The position numbers and the translations under genes were made by a program. The notes beneath the pieces were generated by a model. That model saw nothing but the letters and a program-made list of their open reading frames with translations, ran no database searches and was not told where the DNA came from. 20,000 nucleotides of DNA from an uncultured virus (IMG/VR IMGVR_UViG_3300021962_000076) (taxonomy: Duplodnaviria > Heunggongvirae > Uroviricota > Caudoviricetes): positions 54,651 to 74,650 of the IMG/VR virus record IMGVR_UViG_3300021962_000076; one strand, 5' to 3'. The first letter of the stretch is position 1. Each line of letters begins with the position of its first letter. Of this stretch, positions 8,288-15,817 are shown in pieces.

Positions 8288-8728
8288 ATGAAAAATTTAT
8301 ATATAGCATTTTTAATCTTTTTTTCATTAATATCTTGTGAAAAAGAGCCAATTGGACCACCAAATCCACCAGAACCAATAATAAGTGACACATTAGAAAT
8401 TGACTCTACCTATAATTTAACTGGACAAATTTGGGTTATATCACAATATAGGGTTGGCCAATTTGGTGAAATTTTTCCATTAAACGATACTATAACGTTC
8501 CTAGATTTAAATACGTATACATATAATGGTTTTGAATCGTCATATTCGTTTTATCCAACGGCATCAGCTTATAATTTAACATTAAATTATACACCATTTG
8601 GTAATCTTAGCGGTACCATATATCAGGGCAACTTAAATCTTGGTGTTATGAATGGTTTAAAGTTTACTGACATTACAATTGGATCTAGTAATCAAACTGA
8701 GTATTATTTTTGGATGACAAGACAGTAA
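8288..8728 (+). CDS. putative lipoprotein
   Basis: Signal peptide II MKNLYIAFLIFFSLIS-C, then a Pro-rich tether and a beta-rich domain. Confidence 0.75.
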   Translation: MKNLYIAFLIFFSLISCEKEPIGPPNPPEPIISDTLEIDSTYNLTGQIWVISQYRVGQFGEIFPLNDTITFLDLNTYTYNGFESSYSFYPTASAYNLTLNYTPFGNLSGTIYQGNLNLGVMNGLKFTDITIGSSNQTEYYFWMTRQ

Positions 8729-8793
8729 ATTAATAAACTAATTTTTCCTTGTTTAGAAAAACAAGGTGGTGGAGTCGGAATATATATTCCATT

Positions 8794-8829
8794 AAAAAAT
8801 AAAGGAGGGTTATACCTCCTTTATTTTTT
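8794..8829. terminator. terminator-like hairpin overlapping the 3' end of the sigma-fusion gene
   Basis: AAAAAATAAAGGAGG-GTTATA-CCTCCTTTATTTTTT, 15-bp perfect stem with A/T tracts on both sides. Confidence 0.8.
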
Positions 8830-9823
8830 CTAACTCAATCTTAAGATTTTTTTTAGCCTTATGTAACTGTGATTTAGATGTGCCAATGTTAATACCTAAT
8901 TTATCAGCAATTTCATCGTGCTGTAAATCATCAAAGTAATATAAATTAAAAATCTCTTGTTGTTTTTTTGGTAATTCTAAAATAGCATTTTTTATATCAC
9001 TATCATCATATAGTCCCATATATCTATCATCATATTCATCTTCTTCACTATCATATCTATCAAAATCAAAATCTGAAACCTTATTACCTTTTTGTTTTCT
9101 AATTGTATCTATTGTGTTGTTTCTAACAATCATAGCAAGCCACGCACCAATTTTATCTGGGTTATCACTAAATTTTTCTAAATTATTAAAAGCTTTTATA
9201 AAACCATCTTGACAAAAATCCTTAGCCTTTTCCCTATCACCATCAGCGTACTTTAAACAAACATTATTATATATTGGATTAAACCAATTACGATATGCTA
9301 AATCAAAATCTATATTTTCATTTAGTTTATTATATAATTTAGCCTCATTTATTAGGTCAAAATCATAATTACTAAAAGATTCCGTAAGCTTTAATTCGGC
9401 ATCATTTTTTAAACCCTCTATAAATTTACGCATACCATTAGCAAAATTTTTAACTAAGGGTATTTTTGACAATAACATCTTATCCAAAAAATCCAAAGTT
9501 TTACCAGACCACTTTAGTATTGTTTTTAGTAACCAACCAAGTATTGGAACTTCTGAAACTGCCGAAACAACTTTACTACCCAAGACAAATGGTTTTGTTG
9601 CCCAATCAATCCCTGGTATCGCAGAAACTAGAGTTAATAATGCAAATGTATTTTTACCCTGACGCCAGTAAGATATTGCATTACCAATATCAACAATACC
9701 AGTAGGATCGAAAATACCAACAATATCTGCTATAGTATTTAGAATACCCTCATTTAATGAAAATTCTAAATTATTATTATTAACTATTAAATTATATTGA
9801 CTTTCTGTAATTATAATTTTCAT
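8810..9823 (-). CDS. ECF-type sigma-70 factor fused to an N-terminal leader and a PT-TG-like hydrophobic domain
   Basis: C-terminal half has region 2 (AKDFCQDGFIKAF...GAWLAMIVRNNTIDTIRK) and region 4 (LPKKQQEIFNLYYFDDLQHDEIADKLGINIGTSKSQLHKAK). The N-terminal ~165 aa is unrelated to sigma. Confidence 0.88.
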   Translation of the reverse strand: MKIIITESQYNLIVNNNNLEFSLNEGILNTIADIVGIFDPTGIVDIGNAISYWRQGKNTFALLTLVSAIPGIDWATKPFVLGSKVVSAVSEVPILGWLLKTILKWSGKTLDFLDKMLLSKIPLVKNFANGMRKFIEGLKNDAELKLTESFSNYDFDLINEAKLYNKLNENIDFDLAYRNWFNPIYNNVCLKYADGDREKAKDFCQDGFIKAFNNLEKFSDNPDKIGAWLAMIVRNNTIDTIRKQKGNKVSDFDFDRYDSEEDEYDDRYMGLYDDSDIKNAILELPKKQQEIFNLYYFDDLQHDEIADKLGINIGTSKSQLHKAKKNLKIELEKIKEV

Positions 9824-9881
9824 ATTTTTATAAATATCTTAAAATATTTAATATTTATTTTTATAAAAAAAAATTAATAAA

Positions 9882-10064
9882 ATGAAAATAAAATTATTGT
9901 TTATTATTTTAACTATTTCTACATTAACTGCTTGTAAAACGAGTAAAGAAAACTGTGAAGCATATAGTTATTATGAAGAAAATTTAAATGATATTGAATT
10001 TGATATATCAAAACAACATCAGAGGAGATTAGAAAATTTTAACACAACAGTTGTTATAAAGTAA
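9882..10064 (+). CDS. small lipoprotein
   Basis: MKIKLLFIILTISTLTA-C lipobox, followed by a CEAY motif. Confidence 0.7.
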   Translation: MKIKLLFIILTISTLTACKTSKENCEAYSYYEENLNDIEFDISKQHQRRLENFNTTVVIK

Positions 10065-10104
10065 TTTTTGGAATTAAATTTGTTCAACCGTAATTAAAAA
10101 AATT

Positions 10105-10764
10105 ATGGAAACAAAGAAACACAAATCATTAGAATTAGAAACCAAAAGAATTAGTTTTCTTTTAGTTGGTTTTTTATTTGCTGGCGCAATGACATTAGCC
10201 TCATTTTCGTATACCAATGTTTTAACAAACTATAAACCTATAATTAATAGTGGGAAGAGCACTACAATTAATTATATGGTTGAGTCAAAGGTTGATCCAC
10301 CAAAAATCTTGGAGTTACCAAAGATACAATACACACCACCTATTGATGAAAAAATAAAAGAAAAAGAAAATGAAAAAAAAATAATAACACCAGTTGTCAC
10401 TGTTGGGCCACCAAATATTGTTGATACTACTGAAATAATAATATCAGAAGAAATTATTGATTTTCCAGATAAAGACGCTATGTTCCCGGGTGGTGTCATT
10501 GAGATGATTAAATGGGTTGTACAAAATATAGATTATCCAGAGGCAGCAATCGAATTCAATGAACAAGGTAGAGTATACCTATCATTTATTGTCGAACCAG
10601 ATGGGTCAATTACTAATATAACAATAGAACGAGGCGTTAGCTTTGATCTAGACAAAGAAGCAAAAAGAGTTGTAAAAACAATGCCAAATTGGATTCCAGG
10701 TGAAAAAGGAGGAAAAAAGGTTAGGACTAGATGCTCACTCCCAATTAATTTTGAAATAAATTAA
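10105..10764 (+). CDS. tonB: energy transducer TonB (Bacteroidota type)
   Basis: N-terminal TM helix, Pro-rich linker, then AMFPGG...IDYPEAA...QGRVYLSFIVEPDGSI...LDKEAKRVV...MPNWIPG...LPINF (TonB_C). Confidence 0.9.
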   Translation: METKKHKSLELETKRISFLLVGFLFAGAMTLASFSYTNVLTNYKPIINSGKSTTINYMVESKVDPPKILELPKIQYTPPIDEKIKEKENEKKIITPVVTVGPPNIVDTTEIIISEEIIDFPDKDAMFPGGVIEMIKWVVQNIDYPEAAIEFNEQGRVYLSFIVEPDGSITNITIERGVSFDLDKEAKRVVKTMPNWIPGEKGGKKVRTRCSLPINFEIN

Positions 10765-10794
10765 TATTTTTCTTTTATATTGATTTATTTTTCT

Positions 10795-10802
10795 TATCTT
10801 TG
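10795..10802 (+). promoter_or_regulatory. Bacteroidota -7 promoter element
   Basis: TATCTTTG matches TAnnTTTG, 20 nt upstream of ATG 10823; no clear -33 box. Confidence 0.5.
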
Positions 10803-10822
10803 TAAAACAAACAAGATAAGAT

Positions 10823-11146
10823 ATGAAATTTGATATGACATTTACTGATTGGAAAGAAGGAAAACACAAAAACTTTACAAAACTTGTAATCAAAGGAGTT
10901 AACTCTACTATTGATGGTACATATACCATCAAAAAAATGGCGGACTTTGGTAATGGCTTTTGGTTTTACACCAATGAAGCTCACGTAAATGTTGACGACA
11001 TAACACAACCTTTAACAAAAGGACAATCTTGTGATGGTTGGGATGTTACATTCTTTAGACAAAAAACCGAGCTTCGTGTAGCATATAAATCCAACAAAAA
11101 CTATATGGAGAGACGAATTCCTATTGATAAATTTTACTTTGAATAA
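10823..11146 (+). CDS. hypothetical protein
   Basis: 107 aa ORF after a host-type -7 element. Confidence 0.75.
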   Translation: MKFDMTFTDWKEGKHKNFTKLVIKGVNSTIDGTYTIKKMADFGNGFWFYTNEAHVNVDDITQPLTKGQSCDGWDVTFFRQKTELRVAYKSNKNYMERRIPIDKFYFE

Positions 11147-11169
11147 ATTATAATTAAAAAATAAAAAAT

Positions 11170-11262
11170 ATGATAGTATATTTCGTTGGCGGAATTTGTT
11201 TTGGTGTGGTCATAAAACCATATGTTGATAGATTGATTATTAACCATGTAAATAAAAAATAA
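11170..11262 (+). CDS. 30-aa small membrane peptide (not in ORF track)
   Basis: MIVYFVGGICFGVVIKPYVDRLIINHVNKK*; A-rich upstream region; stop overlaps the next start (TAATG). Confidence 0.55.
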   Translation: MIVYFVGGICFGVVIKPYVDRLIINHVNKK

Positions 11263-12212
11263 TGGGGATTAAAAAATTAAAAGAAGAGAATAAAAATTTA
11301 TCATTAACACTAATTGATATGTTAGGTAGATTTGATACTAGTAAAACAAAAAAGTATACGCAGTTTTTGGTAAACGAATTAAAAAAAACCGACTTTGACT
11401 TGTATGTGTTTAATAAAAATTTAGTTGATGATTTAATTGGGGATGAAAAATTAGAAGACAAAGCTACAAAGTATGTTGTTTGTTCTATTTTAGGACATCA
11501 GAATATGTGCTCATTTATTGAGTTTTGTGATTTAATGGAAAAAGGTCTTGTCGAAGAAAAAGATATATCAACATATAATTCCTGGGATAAGCTAATGTTT
11601 GAACTGCATAAGGCAAAAAATAAGGAACTTTTTAAAAACTCAAAGAAAGAAATTAAAGTACTTTTTGAAAATGAAGATTATATTATTTTAAAACCTTTAA
11701 GTCATAGTTCTTCGTGTGTATATGGATATAATACAAAATGGTGCACGGCTATGGTAACTGACCCAGAGTATTTTTATAACCACTCTAAAGGTATTTTAGT
11801 TTATGTTTTGGATCAAAAAAATAATAAAAAATTTGGATTTTATAAGTCGTTACATACCGACACTCCATTAAACGACAACACATTATTTACAGTATGGGAC
11901 GAAAAGGATAATCAAATAGATTCAATACAAACAGGATTACCATATTATATCTTACAACTTTTATTGACTGAATTTAATACTAATTCGATTCCAAATTATA
12001 ACTTTTTTTCAGATGATGAGACAATAAAGATGACAAATATTTTAGGTGAGTATAAAACAGAAGTGGACCAGCCAAGGGAATATGTGGAACCAAGAACATT
12101 TACAGCAACCCAAAGACCAAATCCATTTACTTGGTGGGTAAACACAACACCACCACCACCAGCATTCAACTATATAGATAGGGATGAAAATATGATTGAA
12201 AAAGAATTTTAA
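11262..12212 (+). CDS. hypothetical phage protein with YGxxTKWCT motif
   Basis: 316 aa; LKPLSHSSSCVYGYNTKWCTA...ILVYVLD segment of a type I recall from large-phage proteins; Pro-rich tail. Confidence 0.75.
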   Translation: MGIKKLKEENKNLSLTLIDMLGRFDTSKTKKYTQFLVNELKKTDFDLYVFNKNLVDDLIGDEKLEDKATKYVVCSILGHQNMCSFIEFCDLMEKGLVEEKDISTYNSWDKLMFELHKAKNKELFKNSKKEIKVLFENEDYIILKPLSHSSSCVYGYNTKWCTAMVTDPEYFYNHSKGILVYVLDQKNNKKFGFYKSLHTDTPLNDNTLFTVWDEKDNQIDSIQTGLPYYILQLLLTEFNTNSIPNYNFFSDDETIKMTNILGEYKTEVDQPREYVEPRTFTATQRPNPFTWWVNTTPPPPAFNYIDRDENMIEKEF

Positions 12213-12232
12213 TTTTAAAAATAAATAGTAAT

Positions 12233-12808
12233 ATGGCAAAGCTATATTTTAGGTATTCAACTATGGGTGCTGGTAAATCATTGGATTTATTAAAGACAGC
12301 TTACAATTATGAAGAACGTGATAAATATATTTTATTACTAACATCTAGTTTAGATGATAGATATGGTAAAAATAAAATAACATCTAGATTAGGAATCGAT
12401 AGAGATGCAATTCCTTTTACTAAAGAAACTAATATATTTAACCTAGTTAGTAATTCTTCTTTTGGACTTAATTGTATTTTAATTGATGAAGGTCAGTTTT
12501 TAACAAAAGAACAGGTCTGGCAACTAACAGATATTGTTGATGAATTAGATTGTGATGTCATCGTTTATGGATTGAGATCAGACTTTAAAGGGGATCCATT
12601 CGAAGGTTCAATTTACTTAATGACTTTAGCAGATGAAATTGAGGAACTAAAGATGGTTTGTAAGTATGGTGAGAAAACATCAATGAATATGCGTTTAAAT
12701 AATAACATACCGGTATTTGATGGTGAAAAAGTAATGATTGGTGGTAATGATTCTTACTTACCAGTTTGTAGAGAATACTTTAAAAAAATGAAAAATAAAT
12801 ATGAGTGA
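12233..12808 (+). CDS. tdk: thymidine kinase
   Basis: LYFRYSTMGAGKS P-loop, ILIDEGQFL, VYGLRSDF, IGGNDSY.PVCR. Confidence 0.95.
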   Translation: MAKLYFRYSTMGAGKSLDLLKTAYNYEERDKYILLLTSSLDDRYGKNKITSRLGIDRDAIPFTKETNIFNLVSNSSFGLNCILIDEGQFLTKEQVWQLTDIVDELDCDVIVYGLRSDFKGDPFEGSIYLMTLADEIEELKMVCKYGEKTSMNMRLNNNIPVFDGEKVMIGGNDSYLPVCREYFKKMKNKYE

Positions 12809-13199
12809 TTTTGTTTTAATATCAACACACCCAATTAAAAAATCTGACTTAGGATTTCATGGTAATTTATTTGGCGGTAAACTTTTAGCCTGGTTAGATG
12901 CTGCAGGAGCAGCATACGCAATGGAGGTTTGCGACTCACCAAGAATGGTAACAGTAAAGATAGATGAGTGTATTTTTAAAAAAGCAGCAAAAGAAGGACA
13001 ACTATTAAAAATATATGGTAATGTGTTAAATATTGGTAATTCTTCTTTAACATTGGAATTAGAAGCTAGATCACATAATGTTTATTCAGGTATGCAGTCA
13101 GTTATATTAAGTACAAATATTAAATTTGTTAGAATTGACGAAAATGGAGACTCAATACCAATATCAGATAGAGTTAAAATAAAATATGGGTTTATTTGA
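12801..13199 (+). CDS. acyl-CoA thioesterase (hotdog fold, YciA-like)
   Basis: DLGFHGNLFGGKLLAWLDAAGA...VTVKID...F...G.SS motif. Confidence 0.88.
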   Translation: MSDFVLISTHPIKKSDLGFHGNLFGGKLLAWLDAAGAAYAMEVCDSPRMVTVKIDECIFKKAAKEGQLLKIYGNVLNIGNSSLTLELEARSHNVYSGMQSVILSTNIKFVRIDENGDSIPISDRVKIKYGFI

Positions 13200-13204
13200 T
13201 TATT

Positions 13205-13324
13205 ATGTTATATTTAAGTATTTTTTTTATAGTTGTGTTGTTTATAGGTTTTATGGGTAAAAAACATAAAATACTAGGCGAAGACCATCCATATAATGAC
13301 TTTTTTAGAAAAAAAGATGAATGA
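13205..13324 (+). CDS. 39-aa small membrane peptide (not in ORF track)
   Basis: MLYLSIFFIVVLFIGFMGKKHKILGEDHPYNDFFRKKDE*; fills the gap after the thioesterase and overlaps the next start (ATGAATGA). Confidence 0.55.
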   Translation: MLYLSIFFIVVLFIGFMGKKHKILGEDHPYNDFFRKKDE

Positions 13325-13628
13325 TAAAGAAAAAATATTAATTAATAAGTTTCTAGATAAACACTGCAATGACCTAGAGGTAATAAACTTACTACATAGT
13401 ACCTACATCACATTAGGAAGAAAAAAAGACAGTCAAAAACTATTTTTATATCATTCAAAATCAGGTAATTTATTCACAAACAACGATAGGGTCCTAAATC
13501 CAATAGTTAAAATGTTTAATACCGATTACGTAGAGACTCAAGAATACATAAAAAATTGGGTATTTGAAAACTATAACATCAAATCAAAAAAACTAATAGG
13601 AATAGACCCATACGTAAAAACAATCTAA
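13317..13628 (+). CDS. hypothetical protein (start probably 13317 rather than 13296)
   Basis: MNDKEKILINKFLD...; this start is coupled to the stop of the 39-aa ORF. Confidence 0.7.
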   Translation: MNDKEKILINKFLDKHCNDLEVINLLHSTYITLGRKKDSQKLFLYHSKSGNLFTNNDRVLNPIVKMFNTDYVETQEYIKNWVFENYNIKSKKLIGIDPYVKTI

Positions 13629-13649
13629 GGTTACTAGTATTTATGTTAT

Positions 13650-14270
13650 ATGAAATATCTTATTAATGAATCAAATTTAATTAATCTAGAAAGAAAGATT
13701 AACAAATCAATTCAGAACATTGGGTTATACGAAACATTAAGTAGATATAAACTACCATTCAAAGCAGCTAATATAATCCTAAGCCCACAAAACGAAGAAT
13801 ATTTTACTTGTAGAGAATTATCTGAAATATTTTTTTATTATCTAGGACAAACAAAAGATATACCTAAAGAAATTGTCTACAAGAATTTTAGAATTGTAAG
13901 TACACCAGACCCCGACGCTGGTGACGGTGATGATTTCTATATGGATACAGAAGTTTATTTTGATGGTGTTACAAAAAAATATTTATCAGGATATGGACAA
14001 CCATTTTATTGTGGATTTGGCTCTAAACGTGATCAAAATAGAACAACCGTAATTTCATTAGAATATAACTATTATATTGAAGGTGAATATGGATCTAGAG
14101 ATTACAGTGAACATGAAATAACTAGTAGATTTAGTCATCTTTGGCTTGAGGTTGATATTAAATTAAAAACTCTTGACCAGGCACTAGAGTGGTATTTAAA
14201 TGAATATCCAAAAATTATTATTGATTTTACTAAAGATGTTTTAGATGAGATAGATGAATATCTTTATTAA
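13650..14270 (+). CDS. hypothetical protein with MKYLINES leader
   Basis: 206 aa, acidic/aromatic; TATTTAT 5 nt upstream; N-terminus resembles the MKIIITES leader of the sigma fusion. Confidence 0.8.
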   Translation: MKYLINESNLINLERKINKSIQNIGLYETLSRYKLPFKAANIILSPQNEEYFTCRELSEIFFYYLGQTKDIPKEIVYKNFRIVSTPDPDAGDGDDFYMDTEVYFDGVTKKYLSGYGQPFYCGFGSKRDQNRTTVISLEYNYYIEGEYGSRDYSEHEITSRFSHLWLEVDIKLKTLDQALEWYLNEYPKIIIDFTKDVLDEIDEYLY

Positions 14271-14322
14271 TAAAACATTTAACACTACAACTTTAAAAAA
14301 AAATCAATTATATTTTTAAGTG

Positions 14323-14643
14323 ATGAAGGAAATAATTTTAACCGAAAATTGTTTTGGTCCAGATGTTATTATTGATGGTCAAACAGTTTTTGATTATATA
14401 TTTGATAATAGAGACCCTAAAGAAGTTGAAAAGATACATAAAGATATTGTATCTAAATTATTTGACTTAAGAGATAGAATGACAACAGGTGATTGGTATA
14501 AGATTGTTAAAATGATAATTGACAAATCAGAAGAATATGATTACGATTTAAATAGATCAGAAGAAATGGTTTTGTGTCCTGATTGTATGAGTAAAAACCA
14601 TAAATATGTATATATAAATAAAAATTATGATAAAGAAAGTTAA
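14323..14643 (+). CDS. hypothetical protein with C-terminal CxxC
   Basis: ATG at 14323; CPDC motif near the C-terminus. Confidence 0.7.
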   Translation: MKEIILTENCFGPDVIIDGQTVFDYIFDNRDPKEVEKIHKDIVSKLFDLRDRMTTGDWYKIVKMIIDKSEEYDYDLNRSEEMVLCPDCMSKNHKYVYINKNYDKES

Positions 14644-14944
14644 ATTATTTATGATTGACGAAAAACCATATTTAGCGTCATTAGACCCTATTGAAGTTGG
14701 TGACAAAGCAATTGTAACCGTTGGTGGCCAATATCCAAGTATTGTTGATTGTAAAAATGAACAAGTATTAAACTTAATAACAGAATCAAAGTTAACATTA
14801 ACACAAACATTTAAATTATTTATTGGTCCTGAAAAAATAACATTAACCAACCAACAGATAGATAGACTATCGGAAGGTGATGGTGTGTTAGAGGTTGAAG
14901 TTGCGGAAAATAAAATAACATATAATTTAGACATAAATGACTGA
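14627..14944 (+). CDS. hypothetical protein
   Basis: 105 aa; overlaps both neighbours in an operon-like chain. Confidence 0.75.
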   Translation: MIKKVKLFMIDEKPYLASLDPIEVGDKAIVTVGGQYPSIVDCKNEQVLNLITESKLTLTQTFKLFIGPEKITLTNQQIDRLSEGDGVLEVEVAENKITYNLDIND

Positions 14945-15200
14945 AAATGAAATAAAATTATTAGGGTTTGAAATTCATCATGATGATGGTGACGGTTTTT
15001 GGAACAAATACCATTATTATACATATACAGTAGCTAGAGGTTTTGAGTTTATAACAAATGCTAGTGACGATTTAGAAGATAGCAACCAGTGGTATGTTGA
15101 ATTTTTTGAGTCTGACCCAGAAATTAGATTTTACAATTTTGAAGAAGTTCAGAATTTAATAAATCTACTTGAAAAAAGAAAAGTAAAAAATCAAATATAA
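14937..15200 (+). CDS. hypothetical protein
   Basis: 87 aa; starts MTENEIKLLGFE; overlaps the upstream stop. Confidence 0.75.
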   Translation: MTENEIKLLGFEIHHDDGDGFWNKYHYYTYTVARGFEFITNASDDLEDSNQWYVEFFESDPEIRFYNFEEVQNLINLLEKRKVKNQI

Positions 15201-15202
15201 AA

Positions 15203-15381
15203 ATGGAAAATAAAAAAATACTTTACGAAAATTTACTAAATCAACATAGGATTGTTAGTAATCAGATTAGCGATATAAGGCTAGAAATTTTGAACCAACA
15301 CAAAAAGATAAAGAAGAAATTAAATTATTAGAACAAAAGCTAGTTCAGATTATGAAACAAATTAGAGTTTTATTTAATTAA
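15203..15381 (+). pseudogene. frameshifted small coiled-coil gene (1-nt deletion or sequencing error)
   Basis: Frame 0 reads MENKKILYENLLNQHRIVSNQISDI...; the -1 frame continues KARNFEPTQKDKEEIKLLEQKLVQIMKQIRVLFN* to a TAA just before the next gene. Confidence 0.55.
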
Positions 15382-15392
15382 ATAATATAAAA

Positions 15393-15599
15393 ATGTCGAC
15401 AAACTATAATACTAAAAAATGGATTGAGCGAGTTATATCATCTTGTACTAGCAATGATCAAATTTTAACCACCAAAAACCTAATTGTAAATTTTAAAAAT
15501 AAAATGAGAAAAGAAGGTTATGACGAATTATTAATGATACCATTTATTACTGATTTAGAATATAAATTAGAACAAAAAGGTAAATTATTTAATTTATGA
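15393..15599 (+). CDS. hypothetical protein
   Basis: 68 aa; KWIERVISSC...QI motif; A-rich start context. Confidence 0.7.
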   Translation: MSTNYNTKKWIERVISSCTSNDQILTTKNLIVNFKNKMRKEGYDELLMIPFITDLEYKLEQKGKLFNL

Positions 15600-15602
15600 T
15601 AT

Positions 15603-15797
15603 ATGGGTTTTAATAAAAGATTCTTAAAAAAAGAAACACTAAAAAAAATATATAATGAACTTGGTTATAATGGTATCTATGAACACATAACATATCCAGA
15701 CGTATTATATATTGGAGATTGTAAAGATATTGTTGAGATAATATATTCTAATGATTGTGAAACAAAAAAAAATATAGAAATAAAAAAAATTCTATAA
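15603..15797 (+). CDS. hypothetical protein
   Basis: 64 aa, starts MGFNKRFL; tightly packed with neighbours. Confidence 0.7.
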   Translation: MGFNKRFLKKETLKKIYNELGYNGIYEHITYPDVLYIGDCKDIVEIIYSNDCETKKNIEIKKIL

Positions 15798-15817
15798 TTT
15801 TATAGTATATTTACAAT

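Noticed and set aside
8767..8800. tRNA-Ala/tmRNA 3' end (CTCCACCA on the minus strand)
   Set aside because: No T-arm (GTTCRA) and no matching 5' acceptor strand; a cloverleaf cannot be built.
8745..9823. RNA-guided sigma system (dCas12f/TnpB plus ECF sigma plus guide RNA)
   Set aside because: No TnpB/Cas12-like ORF in the window; the adjacent hairpins alone are insufficient.
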